NCBI RefSeq assembly: GCF_037179585.1
Contig: NZ_JAPYKO010000004.1
Location: forward strand, 213,758 to 253,757
Direction of reading: 5' to 3'
Source of the DNA: Mesorhizobium argentiipisi
GTDB lineage: Bacteria; Pseudomonadota; Alphaproteobacteria; Rhizobiales; Rhizobiaceae
DNA: 40,000 bases
Shown here piece by piece: positions 1 through 8,617 of the stretch (position 1 is the first letter of the stretch; each line of letters opens with the position of its first letter). The translations under genes and the position numbers were made by a program. Below the pieces are notes generated by a model that saw only the letters and a list, made by a program, of their open reading frames with translations, did no database searches and was not told the DNA's origin.

Positions 1-196
1 CCACGTCGAGGCTGTCATAGGACCGCGTTTCGCCAGCCCGAGCGCTGGTAAAGGGTAGCCAGTCGCTTTCGAAGCGGCCGGCCTTCACGCGGTAGCGCGC
101 TTTCGCGTGGTCGACCTGCGAAACCTTGCCCACAATGACCGAATTGGACACGCGGCGCTCAAGGTCCGTGATGTCCTTTTCGCGGCGCTCAAGCAT
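1..196 (-). CDS. baseplate assembly protein V-like (P2 gpV / Mu gp45 type), first 65 codons; continues past the left edge
   Basis: ATG at 196..194 overlaps the upstream stop (ATGCTTGA). My translation is MLERREKDITDLERRVSNSVIVGKVSQVDHAKARYRVKAGRFESDWLPFTSARAGETRSYDSLDV. This fits the gpV N-terminal pattern (G.V..vD..ar.RV...sDWLP...RAG). It is absent from the ORF track because there is no stop in the window. Confidence 0.5.
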   Translation of the reverse strand, partial: MLERREKDITDLERRVSNSVIVGKVSQVDHAKARYRVKAGRFESDWLPFTSARAGETRSYDSLDV

Positions 197-755
197 CGGG
201 CATCGCTCCCGTTACATCGGTGTAATCGGGCTCATGGCCTATGCCGGTTTCAGGATCATAGCCGAGCATGACGGTCGTCGGGCGCCGGCCCTCGACCTCT
301 ATCAGTTGCGTGTAATAGACCACGTCGAAGGTTAGGACCGAGGTCCACAACGCAACCTCGGCCGTTTCGGCGAAGGCTGTAACCGTTGAATTGATCGTGC
401 ACCACTCGACAAGATTGCCGAGCGTCGGGTTTGCGTGAAGCCAGTTTTCAACCTCAAAGGCGCAAGCGTCCACCGCCTCGGCGCCGTCATCGCCGACCGC
501 GTAGCACTCGACCATGAGCTTGAGAAACCGGCGCCTAACGCCGCCGTCATGGCGATAGTCCGGGTCGATGACATCGTCGCCGGTGTAGACCACTACCACG
601 GGCATGATGCGCGCGTCGGCGGGAAAGTCTCGGCTGTCATAGACGCGGGCTTTGGCCGCCGTAGGGAACACCGGCGGCGTGCTGGCATCGGGCGCCGCAA
701 GCAAGGCGGCGGCGGCGGCACGGATGAGCTTTCGCGGGTGCGGTGCCGAGGCCAT
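189..755 (-). CDS. phage head-tail connector / tail completion protein (loosely gpU-like), function uncertain
   Basis: 188-aa ORF directly after the FII-like gene and before the gpV-like gene. It is tightly packed, with its stop overlapping the next start. There is loose resemblance to tail terminator/completion proteins (DFPA..VVVY..G, LW.SVLTFDVVYY). Confidence 0.5.
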   Translation of the reverse strand: MASAPHPRKLIRAAAAALLAAPDASTPPVFPTAAKARVYDSRDFPADARIMPVVVVYTGDDVIDPDYRHDGGVRRRFLKLMVECYAVGDDGAEAVDACAFEVENWLHANPTLGNLVEWCTINSTVTAFAETAEVALWTSVLTFDVVYYTQLIEVEGRRPTTVMLGYDPETGIGHEPDYTDVTGAMPDA

Positions 756-758
756 CGC

Positions 759-1088
759 CTATTTCTTTCGCAGATGCAGCTTTGTGTTTTTGGACGAGTC
801 CGCAAAGGTGTCGATGACGCGGAAAACGCCCTGGCCGGAAATCGTCACTTCGTCATCGGGCAGCGGGTCGAATCCGAGGTCAGCGTTGCGCACGTCCAGC
901 ACCGGAATTCGGGACGTGGTGGACACCTTGCCGCCGGCCTGAAGCTCGGCGTGTTCGTAATCGAAGATTGCGATCAAGTCCGGCTTTACTTCGCCAGTCT
1001 CGGTACGCCTGTAGATGACGGCCACGGCCTCGCCGAACGTATCCCGAACTATGCCGGTCATATCGTCTAGGAGGCCGTGCCAATCCAT
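759..1088 (-). CDS. head-tail joining protein, lambda FII-like
   Basis: Internal ATG at 1088 gives MDWHGLLDDMTGIVRDTFGE...ISGQGVFRVIDTFADSSKNTKLHLRKK. This parallels lambda FII (FD.L.D...D..G...VFD...G..V...L.VR..D...D..TI...F.V). It lies immediately downstream of the capsid gene. Confidence 0.55.
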   Translation of the reverse strand: MDWHGLLDDMTGIVRDTFGEAVAVIYRRTETGEVKPDLIAIFDYEHAELQAGGKVSTTSRIPVLDVRNADLGFDPLPDDEVTISGQGVFRVIDTFADSSKNTKLHLRKK

Positions 1089-1108
1089 GGGAGTAAGCCG
1101 CCGCCGGA

Positions 1109-2191
1109 TTAACCGGCGGCCGTGGCCTTCGCGGTGAGCAGCATTTCCGGCCGCGTGCAGATGTACAGCGGATAGGAATAGACCTCGGGGCGAACCCAAA
1201 AGTTGCGCTTCTCGTCGCGGATCATCATCGCGTAGAGCGGGCGGCCGAGGGTGTTGACCATGTCGAAGGCCTCACCCGGCGCAAATGCCTTCTGAAAGAC
1301 ATCGGGCGCGTTCATCGGGAAGAACTTGCACTTGGTCGACTTGATACCCAGGCCGGCCTTGGTGCCCGGCGTGCCGGCATCGCTGAACGAGTCGCTGCCG
1401 CGATAGTTGATGAACAGAATACCGCCGTAGTCGAACACCGCATAAGAGCCGGCGTTGAACACGCTCTGAGTGGCAACGCCGAAGGCGCGGGAAAGGGTCT
1501 GCGCTTGCGAGGTGTTCAAGTAGATCTCGCGAACGGACTTGTGGCCGGTGAGCTTGTCGAAGAACGCGTCGCCGGCCAGGCCGATAACGCGGGTGCCCAT
1601 CGTCCAGGCGCCCCGGCTGGCTTCCATCATCGTGCGGATGATGGCGCGGCACTTCTGTTCGACGTCCGTGGTGGCGGTGTCCAGCGCGAAGTCGATTTCA
1701 TCGGGAACCGCGATTCCCCACTCGGAGAACCAATCAACGATCACGGTGCCGTCAGCGTCCAGAACCTTGCCCTGCAGCGCGCCAAGCTGCATGTTTTCCC
1801 AGGTCAGTTCCACGTCGCCGATAAGGCGCTGTTCGTAGCGGCCCACGTAACCAATCATGGTTTCGAGTTCCGACTCGGTGCCGAACGCGCGCATGTTCTG
1901 AATTTCGGATGCGCGGATGGTGTGGCCCTTGGCGATACGGCTGGTATCGTACTTGCGGATCGAGCGACCATCCCGCTTGCCCTCTTCCAGCGGCGAGCCG
2001 CGTTCCGAGGTCTGAATGATGCTCAAGACGTTGCCGGCGCGGCGCTCGACCGAGACGTGTTCCGTCGAAATCGGAACGTCCGTGAACAGGTTCATGGACC
2101 CGATCAGGTTCGGCTTGAATTCGTAGTCTTCAAGCGCCACGGTCATAGAGACGGCGGAAAACGCGTCGTCGTTGAAGATGTCCATATGCAT
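1109..2191 (-). CDS. major capsid protein, phage E family
   Basis: 360 aa with an AGGAA-type RBS. The sequence matches the lambda gpE-type capsid family pattern (MDIFNDDAF...YEFKPNLIGS...PEVYSYPLYICTRPE). It sits after the decoration protein. Confidence 0.9.
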   Translation of the reverse strand: MHMDIFNDDAFSAVSMTVALEDYEFKPNLIGSMNLFTDVPISTEHVSVERRAGNVLSIIQTSERGSPLEEGKRDGRSIRKYDTSRIAKGHTIRASEIQNMRAFGTESELETMIGYVGRYEQRLIGDVELTWENMQLGALQGKVLDADGTVIVDWFSEWGIAVPDEIDFALDTATTDVEQKCRAIIRTMMEASRGAWTMGTRVIGLAGDAFFDKLTGHKSVREIYLNTSQAQTLSRAFGVATQSVFNAGSYAVFDYGGILFINYRGSDSFSDAGTPGTKAGLGIKSTKCKFFPMNAPDVFQKAFAPGEAFDMVNTLGRPLYAMMIRDEKRNFWVRPEVYSYPLYICTRPEMLLTAKATAAG

Positions 2192-2224
2192 AGGTGCGGT
2201 TCCTCGTTTTCCCCGTCGCTGTTC

Positions 2225-2869
2225 TTAGCGAACGATGATTCCCTTTTTGCCGAGCGCGGCGATTGCGGCGGCCTTGTTCGTGTCCGAAATGCCCACCGGC
2301 CAGACGAGTTCGAAGTCGCTGACTTCGGATTCGCGGACGGTAAGAACCGCCTTCTGATCGGCGGTGGTGGCGTCAACGTCACCGAACAGAATGGCGGCGG
2401 CATTCTGCGAACCATCACCGGCGGCCGGATCAAGCTTCTTGAACTTCTTGGTGCCGGCGGCGACCGTGATGGTGAAGCCGTCACCCGCAACCATCGGGGT
2501 CGCGCCGGCCGTGATGGTGAAGCCGAGGTCGTCGGCATAGGCCGCGCCGGTGGCGCCGGACTTGATCTTGAAGCCGTCCGGGTCGGTCACGTCGAACTTG
2601 GTAGCGGCGGTAAAGTCCACCTTGTAGACGCCGGACTTTGCGCCAGCGCCGGTCGTCACCGCCGAAATCGTGGCGTTGCCGGTGTTGCCGCCATTGGCAG
2701 CGGCTACGGCGGCGCCGACCCCGACCTGGCCGAGCACGGTTCCATTCAAGAACTTGACGTTGCCGGTGAGCACGCCAACCTCACGCGAGCGCATGCCGCC
2801 GGTTTCGCCGGCCGACTCGCTGATGATGTGGGCGCCGATGCGGCGGCCTTCGGTGAGAACGGTAGACAT
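2225..2869 (-). CDS. head decoration protein (gpD-like) with a central Gly/Ala/Thr-rich insertion
   Basis: RBS AGGAGAA. The N-terminal region (REVGVLTGN..LNGTVLGQV) and the C-terminal region (AAAILFGDVDA...VSDFELVWPVGISD...GIIVR) follow the lambda gpD pattern. It lies between the protease and the capsid gene. Confidence 0.7.
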   Translation of the reverse strand: MSTVLTEGRRIGAHIISESAGETGGMRSREVGVLTGNVKFLNGTVLGQVGVGAAVAAANGGNTGNATISAVTTGAGAKSGVYKVDFTAATKFDVTDPDGFKIKSGATGAAYADDLGFTITAGATPMVAGDGFTITVAAGTKKFKKLDPAAGDGSQNAAAILFGDVDATTADQKAVLTVRESEVSDFELVWPVGISDTNKAAAIAALGKKGIIVR

Positions 2870-2893
2870 TGCGAAATTCTCCTGTTGCCGCGC

Positions 2894-3307
2894 TTACTTG
2901 CGCTTCATTGCCTTTGCCCACGCGCTGGCCTTGCCGGCCGCGTCGAGAACCTTGCTCGTTTCGGCCTTGGCCTTCGGGGCCGCGATGGGCGAAATGTTTT
3001 CGCCGTCGCCTGCCGCTGCCGCGTCCAGAACCTTGGAGCGGGCGTCGGCCACGCTCATTTTCGCCTTGATGGCCTCGCCCACGTTGAACGTGACGCCGAG
3101 GCGGTCGGCCTGGGCGGCGATGGCGGCGAGGCCTTCGCAACGCGCCGTCTCGGCGGACAGAAGCCTTTCCATTTCCTGGGCGGCTGCGGTGGTATCAACC
3201 GCTGCAGGGGCCGCCGGGGCGGGTGCCACGGGGGCCGGCGCCGGGGCCGGGGCGGGCTCGGGCTCCACAACGGGGGCCGGGGGAGTCTGTGCAAGAACCT
3301 TGGTCAT
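2894..3307 (-). CDS. possible nested in-frame scaffold protein (Nu3-like) translated from an internal start
   Basis: Internal ATG at 3307 is preceded by GAAGGTAGGG. The product starts MTKVLAQTPPAP. This is by analogy with lambda C/Nu3 and is not demonstrable from sequence alone. Confidence 0.3.
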   Translation of the reverse strand: MTKVLAQTPPAPVVEPEPAPAPAPAPVAPAPAAPAAVDTTAAAQEMERLLSAETARCEGLAAIAAQADRLGVTFNVGEAIKAKMSVADARSKVLDAAAAGDGENISPIAAPKAKAETSKVLDAAGKASAWAKAMKRK

Positions 3308-4234
3308 AAGCCCTACCTTCAATCTCGATTTTGACGACGCTTGAGGCGTAACCGTTTGCATTTCGTCAACGCTATTCGCGAACGCTTCCAAGGCTTCGTC
3401 GAATGTGCCGGACTTATCAGCCAGGCCAGACTCAACCGCTTCGGCACCGCGAAACATGCCTGCTTCCGTAGCACGGATCTTATCCGCGTCGATTCCACGA
3501 TGTTGCGAAACAAGCTGCACAAACATTTCGCCGAGGGCGTCAACATCGGCCTGCAATGATGCCCTGGCGCGGTCGCTCAACGGCTCATGCGGGTTGCCGT
3601 CCGCTTTCTCGGCGCCGAAGAAAATGTAATTCCAGCGAACGCCGGCCATCTTGTCCGCTTCGCTCACGTCCACATGCGCGGCCAGACAGCCAATTGAACC
3701 GACCTCGCCCGTGGTCGGCACCCATATTTGCGAGGCCGAGCTAGCGATTGCGTAGCCGGCCGAGGCCGCCACTTCGTTGACATGGCACCACACCGGTATG
3801 CCGGTGGCTTCGCTGGCGCTGCGAATGAAGCGCGCCAGGTCAAAGCATCCGTTCGCCTCACCGCCGGGGGAATCAAGCTCAAGCATGAGCCCGCGCGTCG
3901 CGGGGTCGTGCATGATTTCAGTGACCGCATCGGACAGCGCGGAATAGCTGGTAAGGCCGGACTCGGAGTCCAGCCAGGAACCGCGCCGTATCAGCGTTCC
4001 GAGCACCGGCAGAACGGCGATACCGTTGTCGGCCATATAGCCGCCGCTTCGGAAGGCTCGCCCTACGCCGCCTCGGGCCTCGCGTTGCGGGCGCGGGATA
4101 TCGCTGACACTCACCGCCATGCCGTCAAGGATGCGGGGGCCAATCGCGGTCAGGATGGTGTTCGCCTTGCCGCGATGGATGAGCAAGGGCGTATCGAAAA
4201 GCAAACTGGCGACTAGCGGAAGGTCACGCGGCAT
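2894..4234 (-). CDS. S49 (SppA/ClpP-fold) head maturation protease fused to a scaffold-like C-terminus (lambda gpC/Nu3 type)
   Basis: The start chosen at ATG 4234 (MPRDLPLVASLLFDTPLLI) overlaps the portal stop by 11 nt. S49 features are present (ELDSPGGEANG, NEVAASAGYAIAS). A PAPAPAP linker precedes an Ala/Lys-rich helical tail. Confidence 0.85.
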   Translation of the reverse strand: MPRDLPLVASLLFDTPLLIHRGKANTILTAIGPRILDGMAVSVSDIPRPQREARGGVGRAFRSGGYMADNGIAVLPVLGTLIRRGSWLDSESGLTSYSALSDAVTEIMHDPATRGLMLELDSPGGEANGCFDLARFIRSASEATGIPVWCHVNEVAASAGYAIASSASQIWVPTTGEVGSIGCLAAHVDVSEADKMAGVRWNYIFFGAEKADGNPHEPLSDRARASLQADVDALGEMFVQLVSQHRGIDADKIRATEAGMFRGAEAVESGLADKSGTFDEALEAFANSVDEMQTVTPQASSKSRLKVGLMTKVLAQTPPAPVVEPEPAPAPAPAPVAPAPAAPAAVDTTAAAQEMERLLSAETARCEGLAAIAAQADRLGVTFNVGEAIKAKMSVADARSKVLDAAAAGDGENISPIAAPKAKAETSKVLDAAGKASAWAKAMKRK

Positions 4235-5759
4235 TTGGGATATCCTCCGGCGGGTCGTCTTCGTTGTCAGCGGGGTCGTCGTTCGCGGGCGGCGGCGGCG
4301 CGCTCGGCGCGGCTGGCGGCGCGGTTCCGTCCGTATCGAATACAAGCGGGGTCTTCCGCCCCGCCGCCTCGGCGCGCTCTTCCTCGATCTCGTCGTCCAC
4401 GTCTTCGCGGTCATAGCCACGTTCGGCAATGGATTGCGTGCGGCTCTTCAAGCCGCCCTTGATCGCTTCCCTCTCGGCCGCGATGTCCTTAGCCGGGTCA
4501 ATCCATTCCTGGCGCGGCGGAAGGTGGTCGCATGCCCAATATTCGGTCGGGTCTTCGTCATAGCCGGGAAGCTCGATAAGACCGGCCATCACGGCGCGCT
4601 CAACGAAGGCAACCCACACCGGGCGGCAAAGCTGAAAGATCAGCGTGTTGTTCTGCCACTGCGAAACGCGGCGGCGGAACCGGATAATGTCGGTGCGGAC
4701 GTTGGCGAAATTGCCCTTGGTCATATCGCCGGTGACGTAGGAATATGGCACCCCGAGGCCGGCGCAAATCTTCAAGATGGTGCGATACTGGAACGCCTCA
4801 TAAGACCCACCCACCTCGGCCGGCGCCGAAAATTTGATGTCCTTATCGTCGCCGAGGTCGATGATTGCGCCGGGTTCCATGCCGGCAATCGGCGTTTCGT
4901 CTTCGTCTTCGTCTTCGTTCACAGACATGGGGTTTTCACCCCGGCCGATCAGGAACGCGGTAAAGAGCGCGGCGTTTTTCTTGCGGTCGATTTCGGCGTC
5001 GTCGTAGATCTCAAGACCGAAGATTTTGACCAGCGCGCGGGCGATTCGGGGGACACCGCGGATTTGCCCGCCCTGGCGCCCGTCAAAGACGTGGAACACC
5101 TCGGAAGCCGGCACGCGGACGCGGTCGCGTGCGTTCGCGGAGTTCGGCGGCCGTTCATCGGTCGGGTGATAGCGCCAGAAATGATAAGCGACGCGGGCGC
5201 CGAGCAAGTTGAATTCGATGCCGGCGACCACGAAATTGCCGCCAGGTAGCGAGGCGCTGAATCCCATGTCCAGCATTTCGGTCGTCAGAATCTGCAACTG
5301 AAAAGGTACGGTCCACATATCGCCAAGCCGGCGATTGCGAAGGCGCACGAAGCACTCGCCCGCTAGATAGGCCTCGCGGGCGACCTTCTCTTGGATGCCG
5401 AAATAATCGGTATTGCCCTCGGCGTCCGCTTCGTCCGTCCACTTCAAGAACAGGTTGAGCAGCGCCGCCTTTGCGGCCTTCTTTCCCTTGAAGCGGGGGC
5501 GGGGCTTGATGCCATCGCCAACGGCCTGCGAGGCCCATTCGTCCACGGCGTTGCCGGCGTAACCATCGTTTTCGTAAAGCCAGCGGCCACGGGCGACCAA
5601 GGTCGGGCCGGCGGCTCGGATGGCAACATTGATATGGTTGCGGGACGGGTTGAAGCCGCGCAAGCGCCGGCCGTTGCCGGCCGCCTCAAATGAGTTCGTG
5701 CCGCCGCCCGCCACGCGGAAAGCATGAGCTACCCGCCGGATGCCTGTAAAAATGCCCAT
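4224..5759 (-). CDS. portal protein, lambda family
   Basis: 511 aa. The N-terminus is typical of lambda gpB-type portals (SFEAAGNGRRLRGFNPS...GRWLYENDGYA..AVD.W). The TGATG junction with the gpW-like gene shares one nucleotide. Confidence 0.9.
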   Translation of the reverse strand: MGIFTGIRRVAHAFRVAGGGTNSFEAAGNGRRLRGFNPSRNHINVAIRAAGPTLVARGRWLYENDGYAGNAVDEWASQAVGDGIKPRPRFKGKKAAKAALLNLFLKWTDEADAEGNTDYFGIQEKVAREAYLAGECFVRLRNRRLGDMWTVPFQLQILTTEMLDMGFSASLPGGNFVVAGIEFNLLGARVAYHFWRYHPTDERPPNSANARDRVRVPASEVFHVFDGRQGGQIRGVPRIARALVKIFGLEIYDDAEIDRKKNAALFTAFLIGRGENPMSVNEDEDEDETPIAGMEPGAIIDLGDDKDIKFSAPAEVGGSYEAFQYRTILKICAGLGVPYSYVTGDMTKGNFANVRTDIIRFRRRVSQWQNNTLIFQLCRPVWVAFVERAVMAGLIELPGYDEDPTEYWACDHLPPRQEWIDPAKDIAAEREAIKGGLKSRTQSIAERGYDREDVDDEIEEERAEAAGRKTPLVFDTDGTAPPAAPSAPPPPANDDPADNEDDPPEDIPNAA

Positions 5760-5974
5760 CAGTAGCCCCGCCGAACGTCAAGGTAGAACACGCGCTTTCG
5801 AGGCCGGCCCTCGGCGGTGGCAATCTCGTCGTTGATGCCAGCCAGGGCCGACCTCAAATCCTCAATGCTGCGATACTGCACGCGCTTGTCGCCGTGCTGG
5901 ACGATAAGCGCGCCCGAGCGCATCGCCTTAAGCAGCGCCGCCTTGGTGGCAATGAGAATTTCCAAATCGGTCAT
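5759..5974 (-). CDS. head-tail joining protein gpW-like
   Basis: ATG at 5974 lies 4 nt after the TerL stop and gives a 71-aa product MTDLEILIATKAALLKAM...VQYRSIEDLRSAL. Size, position and pattern match lambda gpW. Confidence 0.7.
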   Translation of the reverse strand: MTDLEILIATKAALLKAMRSGALIVQHGDKRVQYRSIEDLRSALAGINDEIATAEGRPRKRVFYLDVRRGY

Positions 5975-5978
5975 GACA

Positions 5979-7970
5979 TCACATGTACGGGCTAGCGACG
6001 ACGCGACGCCGTTTCCGGTGCACTTTACCACTCGCCCGAGGCGGCTGAATTCCAGCATGTTGCGATTCGTCCGCCGGCTCGGCCGTGGGCGGGGCCTCGG
6101 GCGCGGGCGCCGGTGCTTCCGGGGCCGGCGGCAGCAGCGCCGGTGCGGGCTCGGCGGGGGCTAGCCTGCCCTCGACCTTGGTGGCCTCGCGGTTCAAAAC
6201 GATGCCGGCCGCGATCAACCCTTGCAATGCGGCATAGGCGTAGACGCGGCAGTCCAACGCCTCATTCCTGGCGTTGTCCGGCTTCCACCAATACACGTCT
6301 TTGAAGCCTTTGACGTACCGGGTTTTCTTCACCTCGGCCGTCATCTGATCGAAGTATTCTTTATCGCGTTCCATCGGGAAGTGACAGGCGCCGGCCCCGC
6401 TCACACCTGGCCCCGTCTTCTCGAGCCGCTTGGTTATGGTTTCCTTCGCGCTGTCCACGCCGATGGGGAAAAGGTTGATCCGGCCTTTGTTGTTTCGCGT
6501 CGGCTTTTTCGGCCACACCGGGCGCCTGCCGGCGTAACCCTTGATACCCCAAATGCGGCGGCCCTCGCGCGGCTTGACGAAGCGGTAAACGTCTTGCGTG
6601 TTCGCGCCACCGGTGTCGACCGAGGTGGCAGAAATCGCCATGCCACTCGGGAAGGCGGGGTGCGGGAAGCGCTCGCGCAAATAATCGTCAAGCTGATCCC
6701 AAACCTCTTGTTGAGACGGGTCGCCGTGGAAGACCTTGTAATCAAGCGACCACGATTCCTCGTCGCGTCCCCATCCCACGGTTTCGCATTCGAGGCGGTC
6801 GGGCTGCACGTCAACGCCGGAAGTGATGAGGGCGACGCGAGCGGGGCAGCCCGTGAAATCTTCGCGCTTCGAAAGCAGGGCCTCGGGGTCCGCCTTCTCG
6901 CCGCTGAGGTCTTCCCATGAATCGCCTAGAACGGTGTTGACGAAAATCTGTAGCAGCGCGGGGTCGTCTTTCGCCGCCAAGAATTCCGAGACGCATTCGG
7001 ACCATTTGAACCAAGGCGAGTAGAGCGCGGAAAGGTGATAGCTTCGGACGTTCGGCCGGATCGGCGTCGCGGTAGGAACCCATTCGGCGCCGCAGTCTTC
7101 GGACAGCAGGAACTTTTTGCGGGCTTCGGTGTGGCGGTGCTCGCAAAGCTCGCCGGTGTCCGGGTCCGCCGCCTGGCAAACGAAGGCCGCCGTTTCCGGT
7201 CGCCCCTTCTCCCATTTGATCGCGGCCCACATGATGGGCTGCAGGGTGCCGCACGCCTCACACTTCACGTTGTAATAGCGTTGGTCGCCGTCCTTAAAGG
7301 CTTTCTCGATACGGCTATTGATCTTGAGCTTTGGCGAAGACGTGATGAAAATTTTGCGACGCGGGAAGTTCGCCGTTCGCTTGATCGCGAGCATGGCGGG
7401 GTCGCCTTCGTCATCCGCCGATGCGGGGTAGGCGTCGACTTCGTCCAGCACCAAGCGGGACACCGGCGAGCCGCGAAGGCCGGAACCCGAGTTCGCGCCG
7501 GCCATGAACAGGGCGCCGCCGTCAAAGTCCTTTTGCTCAATCGTGTTGCCGCTATCGCGCGCCCGAGCTGGCTGTATCTTTTCGGAGAGCACGGGGCTTT
7601 CCGAAATCATCGGATCAATGCGCGTCTTGCTGAACTTTTTCGCCATGGCGATAGTCGGCAGGACGTACATAATCGGGCCGGGCGAATGGTGGATTGTGTA
7701 GCCGACGAAGTTGAAGCCAGCTTCCGAGGCGCCGATTTGCACGCCCTTCATGAGCGCCACGGTTTCAACCGCCGAATAGGTGGACAGCGAGTCCATGATT
7801 TCGCGGAGGTACGGGGTGCGCGAGGTCCGCCACTTGCCCGGTTCCGACGACGCCTTCGAACTTAGGAAACGGTGTTCGTCCGCCCATTCCGAAACGGTGA
7901 AGGGCGGGTCGGGCTCAATGGCCGCAATCCCTTCCTCAAACAGGTACTCAAAGGCGCCCTCGCTTAGCAC
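5979..7970 (-). CDS. terminase large subunit, gpA family
   Basis: 663 aa with a GTG start overlapping the TerS stop. GpA-type features are present (FTVSEWADEHR, KGVQIGASE, LVLDEVDAY). There is a Pro/Ala-rich C-terminal tail. Confidence 0.9.
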   Translation of the reverse strand: MLSEGAFEYLFEEGIAAIEPDPPFTVSEWADEHRFLSSKASSEPGKWRTSRTPYLREIMDSLSTYSAVETVALMKGVQIGASEAGFNFVGYTIHHSPGPIMYVLPTIAMAKKFSKTRIDPMISESPVLSEKIQPARARDSGNTIEQKDFDGGALFMAGANSGSGLRGSPVSRLVLDEVDAYPASADDEGDPAMLAIKRTANFPRRKIFITSSPKLKINSRIEKAFKDGDQRYYNVKCEACGTLQPIMWAAIKWEKGRPETAAFVCQAADPDTGELCEHRHTEARKKFLLSEDCGAEWVPTATPIRPNVRSYHLSALYSPWFKWSECVSEFLAAKDDPALLQIFVNTVLGDSWEDLSGEKADPEALLSKREDFTGCPARVALITSGVDVQPDRLECETVGWGRDEESWSLDYKVFHGDPSQQEVWDQLDDYLRERFPHPAFPSGMAISATSVDTGGANTQDVYRFVKPREGRRIWGIKGYAGRRPVWPKKPTRNNKGRINLFPIGVDSAKETITKRLEKTGPGVSGAGACHFPMERDKEYFDQMTAEVKKTRYVKGFKDVYWWKPDNARNEALDCRVYAYAALQGLIAAGIVLNREATKVEGRLAPAEPAPALLPPAPEAPAPAPEAPPTAEPADESQHAGIQPPRASGKVHRKRRRVVASPYM

Positions 7971-8527
7971 GCGGAGTCCCCGAAGGTTCCGGCGTCCAGC
8001 GGTGCCCGCGTCTTGGCAAGCTCGGCCAGGGCGACGCGCATGTACCCTTCAAGCGCACCGGCGAGTCGCACCGGGTCCGCCTCGACCTCGGCCGCGATAT
8101 CCGAGGCGTGGCGGTTTGCGAAATTCAGCATGGCGGCGCGGAAGACCAGCATAAGCGAGCGGATGGCGCGGCGCGCTTCCTCGCGGTCGACCGTGGCTTC
8201 CTTCAACCGCTCAAGGTTGATCTTGGCGGCCTCAAGATCGACGGCCATACGCTCAACCTTGAGGTCGTATTCGCTGTTTTCCTCGGCGCCCTCGGCCGCC
8301 TCGCGAAGCTTCGATGTCTTCGCCGCCGGCTTCCGGCGTTGCTGGTTTGGATTGCTATTTGCAAACCATTGGACCCGCGCTTTGACCGCGTCGACGGAAC
8401 CGTCCGCCAGGATGACCCCGGCCAGGCTTCCGCGCTGTACTCTTTGCCTCACCGCGTTAGGCGTAACGCCCATTTCTCGGGCAAACGCGGCAAGGCTGAC
8501 ACCCTCAAGGTTTTTCCGGCCGCCCAC
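7964..8527 (-). CDS. terminase small subunit (N-terminal HTH)
   Basis: 187 aa directly upstream of and overlapping TerL. An HTH-like N-terminus (SLAAFAREMGVTPNAVRQRVQRGSL) is followed by a coiled region. GTG start. Confidence 0.65.
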   Translation of the reverse strand: MGGRKNLEGVSLAAFAREMGVTPNAVRQRVQRGSLAGVILADGSVDAVKARVQWFANSNPNQQRRKPAAKTSKLREAAEGAEENSEYDLKVERMAVDLEAAKINLERLKEATVDREEARRAIRSLMLVFRAAMLNFANRHASDIAAEVEADPVRLAGALEGYMRVALAELAKTRAPLDAGTFGDSAC

Positions 8528-8576
8528 TTTTTTTGATCCTAGCTATATACATGGCGCATATTCGACGGTATGTAAT

Positions 8577-8593
8577 GTTTGCGAATTGCAAAC
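8577..8593. promoter_or_regulatory. exact palindromic motif GTTTGC-GAATT-GCAAAC in the divergent TerS / DUF3489 intergenic region
   Basis: Read directly from the sequence. It is a member of the 17-bp motif family described in the findings. The 90-bp intergenic region is also where a lambda-type cos site would be expected. Confidence 0.5.
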
Positions 8594-8617
8594 ACTCTAG
8601 CCGAATTGGAAACGACA

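Noticed and set aside
148-196. Direct repeat CTTGAGCGCCGCG x2 at the start of the gpV-like gene
   Set aside because: It encodes a duplicated LERR peptide within the N-terminal leader. It is short and coding, with no evidence of a regulatory role.
1035-1049. Second GAAC-N7-GAAC (LexA-box-like) match
   Set aside because: It lies inside the FII-like coding sequence (codons VRDTFGE). About one 8-position match per window is expected by chance, and there is no promoter context.
3215-3300. Repetitive GGGGCCGG/GGCGCC DNA (also 6060..6160 and 32490..32530) considered as a tandem repeat or CRISPR-like array
   Set aside because: It encodes Pro/Ala-rich (PAPAPAP) linkers in the protease, the TerL tail and the small protein. 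It is low-complexity coding sequence with no spacer-repeat structure.
1505-3334. 609-aa plus-strand ORF, plus similar long antisense ORFs at 4119..5249, 7035..7865, 27771..28730 and 31271..31912
   Set aside because: They run antisense to well-supported phage genes. Their Arg/Gly/Ala-rich composition is typical of stop-poor frames in high-GC DNA. They have no RBS and no motifs.
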